A stretch of DNA of 64,000 nucleotides from Selaginella moellendorffii. Taxonomy: Eukaryota; Plantae; Lycopodiophyta. Below, in pieces: positions 1-15,544 of the stretch. Within the stretch, counting starts at the first letter, position 1, and every line of letters begins with the position of its first letter. A program made the position numbers and the translations under genes. Below the pieces are notes generated by a model that ran no database searches, had not been told where the DNA came from, and saw nothing but the letters and a program-made list of their open reading frames with translations. The stretch spans positions 270,203-334,202 of the forward strand of contig NW_003314287.1 in assembly GCF_000143415.4 (NCBI RefSeq). The letters are read 5' to 3'.

Positions 1-659
1 GATTATTTATATTGGAGACGATGAACGTTTCCAATGCTTGTGACGTGCACAATTTTTTATTCTAATGAAATACGACTAATTGTTAAGTATGGATTGGACC
101 CGAGGATGAAGAAGATGCCATGAGAGCATATCATTGAGACTGCTGTATGTCCGTTACATGGGAGCTGCAGCATTGATAGATCCTAAAACTTAACGACTCA
201 CCTTGTTAGAGTCTAGATGCTTGAGACTGAAGGAAGAACTTTAAGTTGTGGTGATTGCATGCTTAAGGTGGGGTTCGGCCAGGAACTTCTTTGGAGTAAT
301 GGACCCTCCCAGAACACGCAACAAAGAACAACTGGATTTGAATTATATTTCTCTAGCAAAGTTTTAGAGGTTACCAGAAATTCTAGCAGCTTGCTGAGAA
401 GCCACAAAACCCATGGCTGTAGCTAAATCCCAGAGATTCTCTTGCTGGAAATTAATCAAAACCAAGCTAAATCAAAAGTGGAATGTTAAACGCTAAGCCA
501 TTGGCAGCAGGCGATCTGGCGACCTGAAAATTACATTTGTATCTCATCGTCAACGCCGTTTGCCTCTCTTAAAAGTCACAATTACAAATTAATTACACTC
601 CGTACGGCTCCCGCCTTCGTCTCCTCTCAACTGCAGGCAAGCCTCTCGTCCAGGACCTT

Positions 660-1133
660 TGCATCCATTTCGTCACTCCCCAATACCAAGGCGATCATCC
701 AAGGCATCCTGGAGACGAAAAGGAGAGGTAGGAGACGCGGACTCGCTGCTGTGCCACGAATTCATGCTGGACGTGAACGATCCAAACGTTGCTTCATAGC
801 CATGGAGCACGATCACCAGGGGTTGATCATGGCATTGCAAGATGGATCAAGAGGAGATCGACAGCGAAGTGGTTTTCCGCTCCGTCAACCTGGACGTGGA
901 GGTGAGGAGAAAATGGCCGAGCTTTTGCTGTTATTGGGTCCCGTTCTTGCGCATGGAAGCAACGCTGTTCTTGGGATCGAAGTCGTCAGTGAGCTGAGCC
1001 AGCAGGGATTGAACAGATGCGAGTTGGAATTCCACCTGTGGGCGAAGTCATCCAAGCGCCCGATTCTACTATCGGTTTCTATTCATAGGACAATGTCGTA
1101 CGATCGCGTCGAAAACATGCCCGGCTATATATA
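660..1133 (+). pseudogene. Deleted/frameshifted paralog fragment of the unknown ORF at 8650-9663, in the opposite orientation
   Basis: Peptide blocks AIIQGI, DADSLLCHEFM, DVNDPNV, EHDHQGL, NLDVEVR and LAHGSNAVLGIEVVSELSQQGLNRCELEFHLWAKSSK match the 8650-9663 protein. They are spread over several frames with internal deletions. Confidence 0.8.
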
Positions 1134-1499
1134 GTCGCTTCTTTTAACCTAGGTTGCTGTTTAAGGTGAGGAGCTGACTACGGTTATTGCACATGTAAAA
1201 AGAACTTTCAGCTGGCATCTGGCAGACCCAAGCAAGAGTCTGCCATTCTCTGTGACGCCCTGCGAGTTCGATGCCGATACATTTAGGCACAGCAATCCTT
1301 AGTTTGTGACGATTGCCACTGGGCGATTGGATTTATCTCCAGGATCGACCAGCGGGCGATAGTTTTCAGGGACATGAGCCGCTTCCATTCTTACAAAGAT
1401 GGAGCGTGCTCTTGCAACGATCACTGGTAGAAGTCGAGCGCTAACGTTAACGCGCCAGTTTTTAAATTTGAAACTAAGCATAGTTTTTATGCTTCCAAC

Positions 1500-5110
<3,611 letters not shown>

Positions 5111-5349
5111 GTTTTTGTTCTGAACATCATTTTTAATTCAAAAAAGTGGTACTTCGATATAATACTATTAATAAATTGTACACTAAACATGGAAGTATTT
5201 GTTTTTTTTCTCTATCTTGATTTTGTTGATTTGATTGTTGATTCAATCAACAAAGAATATTACCTTGTTGATTTGATTTGAAATTAAAAATACCACTACA
5301 TTTAGCTTTCTCCAATTCAATCTTCCAGAGTATCATGGATTCCTCCTTT

Positions 5350-6206
5350 CACTTATCTTCTTCAGCTTGGAAATTTTGTTCAAGTTCGAGAGCAAAATCA
5401 ATGTCCTCCTCCATTGCCTCTGTCTGCTCCTCCTAAGAATCCCCCTCAAGCATGAGACCCTCATTGTCCACATTCTTTTGGAGGATTTGGCTTGTTTCCC
5501 CATTGCCAATTTGAATTTCTACCAAGCTTTCTTTGTGTTCTGTCCACTCAAATGTGAGATCTAGCATCTCCTTATCATCGACATCCTCCAGATTTGACAA
5601 TAAAATTTTAGTCATCTCTTTGTCACTCACTTTAATTTCTGCCACCTCAAGGAACACAAGAGGGATGTGTTCCTCCTTGTTTAGAACTTCATTCTCCTCA
5701 ACCAATGCCATGATTCTAGCCACCTCCAAGTCATCCATGTCAAGATCTTCCTTGTCCTCCACCTGGATCACCGCCCCAGCTTTATTAGCCTATTGACCAC
5801 TCTGCTTCACTGCACTTTCATGGACCAGCAAACCCTTTTTTATCTCATCTTCAACTGGAGTGTGTTTGAGCTTTTTATTTTCATGTGCCATGTCGACTTT
5901 TTGAATGATGTTTGATCTTGGCCGTTTCATGTAGGTTGGTCTTGTTTTTCCACCATAGGTGAATTTTTTCTTGCACAGACTACAGCAATATCTTGGCTGG
6001 CCAATGTTATCATTGTTAAAGTAATTGAAGCTGCTGCACTCACCATGATTGCACTTTGTACAAATTAGGTACTGTTTTAAGTACGTCTTCAGCTCATCCA
6101 CACTTCCAAACTTGAGGCCACTCTATTAGGAGGATGAGGACCAAAACAGTGGGTAGTTTTGGAGGAGATAAGGCTCTTTTTACACCTTGCTGTTCTTGTT
6201 TGGCAT
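5350..6206 (-). pseudogene. Degenerate Dof-like C4 zinc-finger gene with an acidic C-terminal tail
   Basis: CTKC-x22-CSLC containing FNYFNNDNIGQPRY and followed by FTYGGKTR resembles the Dof domain (CPRC...KFCYYNNY...QPRHFCKTC...WTxGG.LR). ORFs 5790-6101 and 5433-5771 are in the same frame as an ATG at 6206, separated only by TAG/TAA stops. Confidence 0.55.
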
Positions 6207-7484
6207 CACTGCTAGCTTCTCTGCTGAAAGGACAACTGAAAACCTAAAATATTTCCTTTTTTACAAGCTTAAGGGATGAAATGAAGTTTTGAGTAAAAGG
6301 AGTTTTATTAAACATCATTTAATTTCCACCCTTATATCTAGATGCCAGTAGCGAACAGAAGAAGATGATGCTCATGAAGTTGCCATATTTGGAGAAGAGG
6401 GTACATCTTGCTGCTTTTGTTTGTTCCAAAAGATTAATGCTTTGAGTGAAAATCTAGTTATAAGCTCCCCGGCTCAAGCTCCGAGAAGGCCAGAGCGAAA
6501 GCAAGTAGGATCTGGACCAGAGTATTGTCAAACTGCTCAAGAACAAGCTTCCAAAACGAGGTCCCTTCCGGCTTCTGCAACTCGTTCCAGCCATACCTGA
6601 TCCTCTTCTTGTTGACAGCATCAAGGTTCAATCCTTTGCTTATATGTCCACGTCAAAATAATCCGCGACAACTTCCACAATGCAGGATAAGATGGACGCG
6701 AACGGCTCAACACTCTTGGGTTTGGAATCCTGGCAACAAAGTTTCAGTCGAAAACACACGAGAAATTCTTTCTTACATATTTTCCAGGAAGAATTAATGG
6801 AGGACTTATTTTCTCAACGACATCCACAGCTCCTTTCTTCATCTTCATTGTTACAACAGCGAACGCTTCTTGGCCTTTGCATTAAAACTCTCATTTTAAA
6901 ACAAGAAAAAAGCTATGTATCTTCACAACTTACATGTTTTTCTAAAGCGACCACAGAAAAGTTCCTCTTAGAATCATTGAAAACGCCTTTGTTCTTCGAT
7001 CGATGGCCACAACAGTGAAGGCCCCTCAATCCTGTGACGAATTCATCAAAGTCCAGCCTATGGAATGCTAAGTACGCTCTTTCTTGGCACGATCCATGAA
7101 GAATTCCTCCTTGCAGCTTTTTCCTCCCACTTATCACTCGCTTCCTGCGACCAACGAAGAAACACCAGCATCAAAATACAATGCCGCGAGAGAAATCTAC
7201 CTCTATCCAAGATCCTCGCCTGGAAATCGTCACAGCATCGCAGCGCAATCCGGCATTGTGCTCGGCAGTGGCGAAGCACGGCTCCGAATAGCAGCGAATA
7301 TCTCGAGTGAAGCAGCGACATTCCAGAGAAACGCGATCGATTGCAGATGAGCGCCGCGAGAGCATCGATTCTCTCCTCGTCGCCCTAGCTGCGCTAGAAG
7401 ATCCTGCTGACAAACGACTAGAGTTCTGTCACGTAGGACCGCCCCGTGTCTGTTGGCACTTGGCAAACATCTATCGTAATTATG

Positions 7485-8160
7485 GGGGTTAGAAGACTGT
7501 ATCAATGGCAGGTACGATAACTGTTTGTGATTTTAGTGTCTACTTACAAGAAACTACAGGTTGATTGTCTACGCCTTGATGGAGTTTTGGATGGTAAAAG
7601 TCTTGTTTGCTGTGCCTCAACAAGGTGCTTGAGATTTCTTATTTAGTTTTCTTTTATGGTAATCCTTAAAACTTTTGACAGTCCAGGCGAGAGCAGAATT
7701 TTGATGTTAAAAAGAGTGCTAGTGACAGGGAAAATGGCAATGCTGGTTTTACCATATGTCATGTTGTGTTCTGAGAAGGTATGCTTGGTTTTGTTTTGTC
7801 AAAACGTCAACTGGTTTTTACTTTGCTAGACAGAGCATTTTACTGGAACATGTTGTGTCCGTGGATATTTTGGGACTCACGGGAGTACTCCAGATACTTC
7901 ACTTGCAGTTCGTACCATCAAAAGAGAACTCACTCATCAATAAGCTGGTAGAGGACGGGCGGCTGTCCGAACTAGCAGTCGTAGTTATAGATGAGCTTCA
8001 TATGGTATGTATATTGACATCCCAATATCTTTCTTATAGCAGTCTGGTGCAGGTTGGAGATAAAGAGAGGTTGTTTGCTAGAACTAAGCTACGGTATGTG
8101 GCCGGTAAAGGTGGCTATGAAAGCAGGGTATTGCAACCTTTTTATTCAAGTCTTACAAGG
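7485..8160 (+). pseudogene. TEB: Second partial POLQ/TEBICHI helicase copy (DEAH-box region), related to ~2181-2830
   Basis: Near-identical nucleotide sequence, including introns, to 2181-2830. Encodes [28 protein letters not shown] and [11 protein letters not shown]. Confidence 0.9.
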
Positions 8161-8649
8161 TTTCTGGCAACCTCTTCTTGAGATTGTTGTTGGTCACCAT
8201 GCTTGCGAATGGCCTGCAGAAGAAGTCCGACGGAGGTTAAACGCTGCAAGAGCGTGCCTGGAGAACGAAGCCAAGATGTTTGCCGGTAGATTATGGAAAT
8301 AGAAACATTCGAATATGTATTTGCGAAAATCCTTGCTTGGAAGTTCCATGTCTTGTTTTGCATTTGTTGTGTGCGGAGAGTACGTATATATCAAGAGCAC
8401 CCAATTCTTCAAATCGACGGGCTCTTCTCCTTTAACTTATCGAAGAAGGAGCTTCCGACCACCTCAAATGCAAGAGGCCTCTCCGGAAGCTTTTGAGGAA
8501 CACCCGTCCCATCCTCGAGCATTATGGATCGCTCACAACCATCAGCGCTCTTTCAGGTGTGATCGTCGCATTTTCTCTCTCTCGGCTAAGGTTTATTTCG
8601 AACAGGAAAGTCTCAAACAACTTTAAAGCTTCTATGCTTTCTTCTAACG

Positions 8650-9663
8650 TTACCACTCATCCTCATCTCCGAAGCGTTTCCAGCCCAGAATGGACCAAGC
8701 CATCTCAAACTCCGAACTATTGCGAGGTAAGCTCGACGTGATCACCTTCACGAGCTTCTTCAAGGTGGCGTACGACATTGTGTCGCAGCTCATAGATCCT
8801 GTGCGTGGAAACCGATAGTAGAACACGACGGCGCTCTTGAAATCAGTCACCAGCTGCAAAAACGGGAGCTTGGACGACCTCGCCCACAGGTAGAATTCCA
8901 ACTCGCATCTGTTCAATCCCTGCCGGCTCAGCTCACTGACGACCTCGATCCCAAGAACAGGGTCGCTTCCATGCGCAAGAACGGCCGAGCTCTTGCTCCT
9001 CACCTCCACGTCCAAGTTGATCGCACGGAAAACCTCCACTTTGCTGTCGATCTCCTCCGGATCCAGCCACCGGTATGACGACTGTGGCAAAAGTTGAGAG
9101 ATCTCGCGCACAATCTCGTGGGCTTGAGCTCGAGGGAGGTGACGATTGATGTAGAGCTCTTCTTCTTCTTGCGTCATCAAGCCCTGGTGATCGTGCTCCT
9201 TGTCGATGGCGACGACGTTTGGATCGTTCACGTCCAAATGGTAGCGAAAGACGAGCATGAATTTGTGGCACAGCAGCGAGTCCGCGTCGATCCTACCTCT
9301 GCAAATCCCGGACAGCTTCGCCATCCAAGCCGGCTCCTTCTCGTGCTTGATGCCTTGGATGATCGCCGCATTTTGCCGCGTCTTGGCGTCGGGGAGCGAG
9401 GCGATGGCGTCGAAATGGATACAGCCGAGCTCCTCGATCAGCTCGTCCCAAGTGAGGGACGAGAGGCCCGTCCTGTAGTTGAGAGGGAGAGGATGGAAAA
9501 CCTCTTCGCGTTGAGACGAAGGCGAGAGCCGGAGGGAGAGCTCCGCGGGATCTAAGCCGCCTAAACACCGGGCGATGGCGAGCAGATCCAGCTTACCATT
9601 GCAAAGAGGAATACGAACACCCAAGCCTTCCTCGCCGTCCCGCCGAAACCAGCGCAGGTCCAT
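8650..9663 (-). CDS. Intronless hypothetical protein (~337 aa); possible small header domain plus PD-(D/E)xK/Crinkler-REase-like C-terminal fold
   Basis: Long uninterrupted GC-rich ORF with ATG at 9663 and an AAACCCTA motif just upstream. A degenerate paralog lies at 660-1133. The fold assignment is pattern-based inference only. Confidence 0.6.
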   Translation of the reverse strand: MDLRWFRRDGEEGLGVRIPLCNGKLDLLAIARCLGGLDPAELSLRLSPSSQREEVFHPLPLNYRTGLSSLTWDELIEELGCIHFDAIASLPDAKTRQNAAIIQGIKHEKEPAWMAKLSGICRGRIDADSLLCHKFMLVFRYHLDVNDPNVVAIDKEHDHQGLMTQEEEELYINRHLPRAQAHEIVREISQLLPQSSYRWLDPEEIDSKVEVFRAINLDVEVRSKSSAVLAHGSDPVLGIEVVSELSRQGLNRCELEFYLWARSSKLPFLQLVTDFKSAVVFYYRFPRTGSMSCDTMSYATLKKLVKVITSSLPRNSSEFEMAWSILGWKRFGDEDEW

Positions 9664-10195
9664 AGCCACTTGTAAAACCCTAAACTCGCAGAGATAAGTT
9701 TAGGGAGTTAAAAAATTTCTCTGTAAATTAAAATGGTTATTCCTTGAGATACCTTATTTCTAATCAATATTAATCCATGACCTTAGTTTTTACAATGATA
9801 AATAAACATGGGAAATGGAAGACACAACATTGATCTACAAGAGCTAAGCTAGTGTGTGTGGATCCAATGCACAAACTTTGGAAAATATTATCATATCTTG
9901 GAATGCATATGTCCAGTTAGCAAATGAATCCATATCCATGTACGAGATATTTTCACTTCGAGACTGTTTCATTTGGACATAGTTGGCATGTACACCAGTC
10001 AATTGACCCCATCAGTCAAACATAAACACGACATGTTGCGCTGGAGAAGCAGTAAACTGCGTGTGCATAGCAGTCTTTACTTGGACTCGGCCTCCATACT
10101 TTAAATCGAGACCACTCTGGCAGCATCACAGTGAAGCATTTCAAGTGAAAGAAGAGATACAAGAAAAGAAATCAGTTTACATTTCTAGATAAACG

Positions 10196-10369
10196 ATGTT
10201 GATCATGGAGAGCAAGTCACAGCTGATGCTTTTGGCCATGTTTGTGACAGTCCTCCTGGTTGGAGTGGACGTTGGTGGCATCGCAAATGCAGCAGCTCAG
10301 AAGCAATGCAAATCTGGATGGAATTGGGACAGCCAAAAGTGCAATGCCCCAAAGGATGGTACTTGTTAG
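10196..10369 (+). pseudogene. Small secreted cysteine-containing peptide ORF truncated by an LTR insertion
   Basis: MLIMESKSQLMLLAMFVTVLLVGVDVGGIANAAAQKQCKSGWNWDSQKCNAPKDGTC*: a hydrophobic signal-like N-terminus followed by Cys residues. The last codon and stop (TGT TAG) are the first bases of the LTR at 10364. Confidence 0.5.
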
Positions 10370-11212
10370 GTGCTAACTTTGACCACATGGTCAACGTTGG
10401 TCAAAGGGAGGCTCAAGGGTAAGGCATGTTAGGGTAAAGGACTTAACCTACCTTAGTGCTCACAATGGAGCGGTGGCGCAATGGAACTTTTGAGGTAGCT
10501 CAGGGGTGGTTGGGTGGTGAGGAACCTCAAAAGGAGGTGTAGTGTAATTTAAGAAGATTATATCTTTGTCTTTTTGTGCCAGATCATAACATTGGTATTA
10601 GAGGAGGAGGTTGCGATGGCTGACCAAGCTGAATGCTGGAATCCCATTGTCAATGGTGGTGTTGATAATGGTGCCAATGGAGCTGTGGAGATTTAGACTA
10701 TTCAAGATGTTATTTATGAACTGTAAGCCCTTAATTAAAATTAGCAAGAGATGCAAGACGAGATGCATGGCATGATGGATACCATGTGTGGGCGTGTTGA
10801 GGCACTCAAGGCTGGACGTGGTAGCACTCCAAGTAAACCTTTCTTGGTAGATCGACTTAAGATTCCAACATTTTTCGGTGATGGTGGTATGGATGAGTGT
10901 TTTGCTTGGCTAGCCAATATGAAAAAGACCTTGGCTATTAGGGAAACTCTGGGTGTAGAGGCTTTAATGGCTATTCCAATGGTTTTGCGTGATAAGGGTC
11001 TTCGGTGGTGGAATTAGTTTGAGGAGTCTTGTGTTGTGAATAAAAAACCACTAGTGTCTACCATGGATGAGTTTGAGGCTGCTTTCCATTTATGTTTTGC
11101 CCCTCACTACGATGTGGAGAATGCTCGCACAAAACTTTGACATTTCTAGAAAGAACGCTCGGGGACTATATTAAGAAGCTTACTCACTTGATTAGCCGTG
11201 TTCCAACGAAGG

Positions 11213-13020
11213 TGTAAACGACTAATTTTTCCATTCTACTTTAGTCACTAAACCACACCTCTGACCATTTGGAGGAGTCTCTCTCACAACCTCCATAAGT
11301 CTTATTTCGGACTTGGGCTTGCTAGCCTCGAGAATGGCATCCCCACCACTCAACCTTTGCACATGGTCCAAGTGCTCCACGTGTCCGATCCCATGACCGA
11401 CACCCCAAAGTACCATTGACATAGCCGTCTATTACGCTAAGGCCATGCCCCTTTACCTTGGTCACACCGGTGGTCTAACACCACCTGCATCATAGTCCCA
11501 TCTCTCAAGGATTGGGCCATCTGTCCATGAGTGATCATTCTAGATCCACTCCTTAGTATCCTTAGGATGCCCACAAATATGGGGAATAGCCTTCCCCAAT
11601 ATCCCTTTAACAGTCCCCACCAAGATCCTTTTCTGTCCATGGCCGTGATCACCTACACTGCCACTGGATCAAGGCCCACAGGCCCGACTACTAAGTCCCA
11701 CTGTCCTCTAGGACTTCCTTACCACATGACCGTGTCATTGGTCACCACACCAGAGGATCATTGCTCTTCCTTTCCATAGTTTGGGACTTTGGGACAGCAT
11801 TTCGGAACACTGTAGCTCTAAGCGGGCCTCTTGGGTACTCTCCCCACCTTCCGTCTTTGGGTGCTCTAGCCATGGGCTTAGAGCGAGGTTCCGTTGAGCC
11901 ACGCCAGGTATCCAAGTAGGTAGTGCCACCCGCACTTGGATTGGGAGCATCGACCATTCGATCTCCCGGGGGAACTAGAGCCAGCTCTTGAACACTTCCA
12001 CTTATTGGTCCGTATTCACTCTAGTCTTGGACTTCCCAGTGGGCAGCTCATCACCCAACACTGGGTATAGCCTTTTTGGGCCAAACTGGCCTTTCCTGGC
12101 CAAACTAGCTCCATTGCAGTCCTCCCCCTTACTATACTTTTGGAGCTCACCAAACCCCCCAGGGTCTGGGAGACGAACGCTTTGGGCTTTCACCCTCTCA
12201 GACTCGAACTCAGACTCGGACTCGGATTCAGACTCAGACTCAGACTCAGACTCGGACTCGGGCTCGGGCTTGGTCTCGGCCTTGGCCTCGGTCTCGGTCT
12301 CGGTCCCGGTCCCAGTCTCGGTCTCGGTCTCGGTCTCGGTCTCAGTCTTGGTCTTGGTCTCGGTCTCAGTCCTGGTCTCAATCTCGACCTCGGACTCCAT
12401 CTCGGGTCCTTCTTGGACTCCATCTTGGACTCCATCTCGGACTCCGTCTCGGTCCATCTCGGACTCCATCTCGGGTCCATCTCGGACTCCGTCTTGGTCC
12501 ATCTTGGACTCCATCTCGGGTCCATCTCGGACTTCATCTTGGGTCCATCTCGGACTCCATCTCGGGTCCATCTCGAACTCCATCTCGGGTCCAGCTCGGA
12601 CTCCATCTCGGACTCCACCTCGGGTCCACCTCAGACTCCATCTCGGACTCCATCTCGGGTCCATCTCGGACTCCATCTTAGACTCCATCTCGGACTCCAT
12701 CTCGGGTACATCTCGGACTCCATCTCAGACTCCACCTTGGGTCCACCTTGGACTCCATCTCGAACTCCATCTCGGGTCCATCTCGGACACTTCCACGTGT
12801 CATGTGTTAGTCCTTTTTGGGTCCCTTTTTGGAGCCTTGTTTATTGGTTGCCTTGTGCTCGCTCCTCGAGCACTTTGTTGGGAGTTCCACTCCCGCTCTC
12901 GACCTTCCAAGTCGGAGCTTTTAGTCCAAACGTGTTATGCTCGTTTGGCTTTCGCCTTGGCCACTACCACGTGGCACCCTTCTGGCTCCACTTTGGGGCC
13001 TAGGGATTTTGTGTCTCACA
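11213..13020. mobile_element. Solo LTR (~1808 bp) nested in gag
   Basis: TGTAAAC...CTCACA termini with flanks GAAGG / AAAGG (5-bp TSD, one mismatch). Removing it rejoins the gag frame. Shares the motif ACTATACTTTTGGA...GGGAGACG.ACGCTTTGGGCTTTCACCC and a hexamer array with 25245-26832. Confidence 0.8.
12197..12790. repeat. Compound hexamer/12-mer tandem array (ACTCRG, TCTCGG, GGACTCCATCTC) inside the solo LTR
   Basis: Directly visible periodicity. It generates the low-complexity ORFs in several frames. Confidence 0.9.
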
Positions 13021-13924
13021 AAAGGATCCAGATAAGAACAAGTCCTACTTCATTGATGGCCTTCATAGTAAGAGCATGTAGCAACACTTGTGTCATTCTT
13101 AGCCTATAAAGAGTTTGGAGGAGCTCTTTGATGCGGCTCATTGACTTGACAATGACAAGCACAAGTCTCGCAAACGTTCGCGGAATCCTTCTGTCGAGAA
13201 TCATCATGATGCTTGTCATAGACACAAGGATGGGAACAAGCATCACAAATTGAAGTCTGTTCAAATAAAGTGGCACCATAGTGGCCACCGTTACTATGCT
13301 TCAGAGCACGATGAATGCTAGTACCACGCACGTCTTCAAGTACCTTACAGGCAATTTTCTATCAAAGCTTGTTTCTAGCATCTAGCATTGGTTGTTCTAA
13401 CACTTTCAAGAAGGTGAATATCCATGCAGGAGCAACCAAAGTTTACACGAATCACTGTCAAGCTTAGGTCGACGTGAGAGATGTGGCTGAGGCACACATT
13501 CTCGTGCACGAGGGGCCTAGCCCTTGTGTTGAGCTCTTTTTGGACTATCCAATCTCGAGAAAGTGAGTGATTAAAAGACCAATGTCTAGCTTTGTTTTGA
13601 CAATCCTGATCTTTTTTTGTTCTCTTTTGCATCTCCTTTGAATACTTGAACCAAGAAGCAGAGAATGAAAAGACATTGTCACGAACCCTTTTGTTAACAG
13701 TGACGTGTTTCCAGAGAGACGTATCTTGTTTTTTCATAGTTTTCTTTCATAGCTTTGGAACACAGGATGTGTTTCCGCTTATGGAGTTCCATCATATCAA
13801 GGTTTTTGTGGTGCTTAGAATTTATATGGTCTTCATTCTTATTCCAGTATCAGGAAATAGGATGAGGCTATGTTTATAAAGTTCTCTCTCGTATCTTGGT
13901 GAGTTGGCTTTTTACTTTCAATTG

Positions 13925-14300
13925 CCACAGGCTTGCTTAAAGTTATCCAGCTTCCAGGTTACCATGAAAACGTAGTGAGCTTGGTTCGAGAATGAATTTC
14001 TGTATATCCACATGGAGCTGTAGAACATTCACGAAGAAAACACTGACCGAGGTGACGTCTCAAGTAAGTATATTCTTTTCTTAGTTTCTCATGACTGCAT
14101 GGCAGCTCTTATAAATGCACGGCCTCGTTCACGACGTGAAGCCCGACAACATCTACATCAACGAAGGCGTCTACAAGATTGGCGACTTTGGCCTCTGGCG
14201 AGGATGGCGACTCGAGATATCTCCAGTATCAAGCCATCCACCAGCTCTTCTTCCGAGCTTGATCAACTCTCCGATGCATCCACAAATCGAGCTCTTTGAG
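13925..14300 (+). pseudogene. WEE1: WEE1-like protein kinase fragment
   Basis: GYHENVV...WFENEFLYIHMEL* and HDVKPDNIYINEGVYKIGDFG match plant WEE1 kinase subdomains. Heavily deleted, with stops. Confidence 0.75.
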
Positions 14301-14339
14301 AGGAAAAAACCTTCTTGGTCGCAGGAACACTAAATTAAA

Positions 14340-15290
14340 CTTTATTGGCATGCAACCTGGATAAAACACCATGAAGTATCCAGTCGATCATATCCTTGCA
14401 ATGGATAACAAGTGGTATCTGAACAAGTCCCTCAAGAAAGAGATATTCTCAGTGGAGTTTCCACCATGGTACCCGTAAAGTGTCAACCAAAGCTGGAAAT
14501 TAAGTGCCTCCAAGTTACGTGGATTGAAAGCTTACAAGAAGAAGCTTGAAGAGGCTCAGCAATTCATCCAGCTCCCACTCTCCACCAAGCTCTGGCTGTC
14601 AATGAGCTCGTAGTGGCTGCCGATCTTCAGGACTTCCAGGCTCTTTGATTGGACACTGAGGGAGATGTCCAGTAAGAAGTGACCAACTTCGAAGGTGGAG
14701 TATCGAGGAAAATTTCATAAGTGCTCAAAATGGTGTCCTGCCATGTCCCAGCAAGGTGAAGCTCTTGAGGCTCCTGCTCGACACCGTGAGGCGGGCCCTG
14801 GACACAACCTCAAAATCCTTGACGTTGAGCCGACATTCGCATTGGCCTCTGGTGGCATGAAGAGTGAGAATCAGAGACTCCACAGGCGCCGAGGAGCGAT
14901 TCACTAACATGTAGGCTGCTGTAGAATCCCCCGATAATGTGGAGGCTCTCGAGCGTGCCCATGCAGGACACCAAGTCCAGAAAAGTGCCCCAGCAGAATC
15001 CCCAATCTACTTGACTGAATGTGCACACGCAAACCAGATACCTAGAGACATTTATTTGACTTTTATTTGCTTCAAACATTTTACTTCCCCATAGAAACAC
15101 CATTTGGTCTTGAATTGTTTTTGGCTCAAGCATTTTAACTTGAGGCAGCCTGCGGTGGAGCAGAGCAAAGATGATCCTTGTCCCCACAGAGAAGAAGTGG
15201 TACTTGTGGTAGAGCTCCCGCCAGCGCTTGCACACGAGAGTGCAGCACGTTGGGGTCGGCCAAATGAAAGCACAAAATCTAGTCACAAAG
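14340..15290 (-). pseudogene. Probable F-box/LRR gene remnant
   Basis: TLVCKRWREL resembles the C-terminal end of an F-box, and is followed by Leu-rich fragments (LESLHI, LEVLKI). No intact ORF. Confidence 0.4.
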
Positions 15291-15544
15291 AGGAGGGTTA
15301 GGCTGTATTCTTTGTACAATTTGCCTTTTTTTCTTATTTAAATATGTGGTCAAAGGGTTTTAAGAGGGTATATATTGATAGGTAAGATGAAGAATTAAAG
15401 AGTGGGCATTGCGGAAAAGAGTTACATGGAATACTTTTTTGTGAATGTTTTTAGCAATTGTGATGTTATAAAGAGTCTAAAATATAGAATTGTTCATATT
15501 AGATTATATATCAATTAAAAAACTTACAAAAAGGGCTCTTACAT

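Larger units (their letters stand above)
10364..13500 (+). mobile_element. Truncated Ty3/gypsy LTR retrotransposon (5' LTR, PBS, degenerate gag), interrupted by a solo LTR
   Basis: LTR TGTTAG...TAACA at 10364-10591, then PBS TTGGTATTAGAG (tRNA-iMet type) at 10592. Gag-like KIPTFFGD...WLANM...LRDKGLRWWN...DEFEAAF. The frame continues across the solo LTR as VPTK|DPDKNKSYFIDGL...SLEELFDAAH. No 3' LTR found; right boundary approximate. Confidence 0.75.

Noticed and set aside
1-650. Short ORFs at the window start
   Set aside because: No recognisable motifs.
6330-7484. Coding-like fragments (RLNTLGF, KILAWK, also at ~8330)
   Set aside because: Probably pseudogene debris, but no family could be supported by eye.
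12197-12790. CRISPR-like array
   Set aside because: Eukaryotic context; contiguous tandem repeats without unique spacers.
11988-13109. Long low-complexity ORFs (SD/SV/ES/LG repeats) in several frames; likewise 26033-26354
   Set aside because: Artefacts of stop-free hexamer arrays inside LTRs.
13020-13740. Possible hAT transposase remnant on the minus strand (LWKHVT, CACHC)
   Set aside because: 13021-13400 reads as the continuation of gag on the plus strand. The remaining similarity is too weak.
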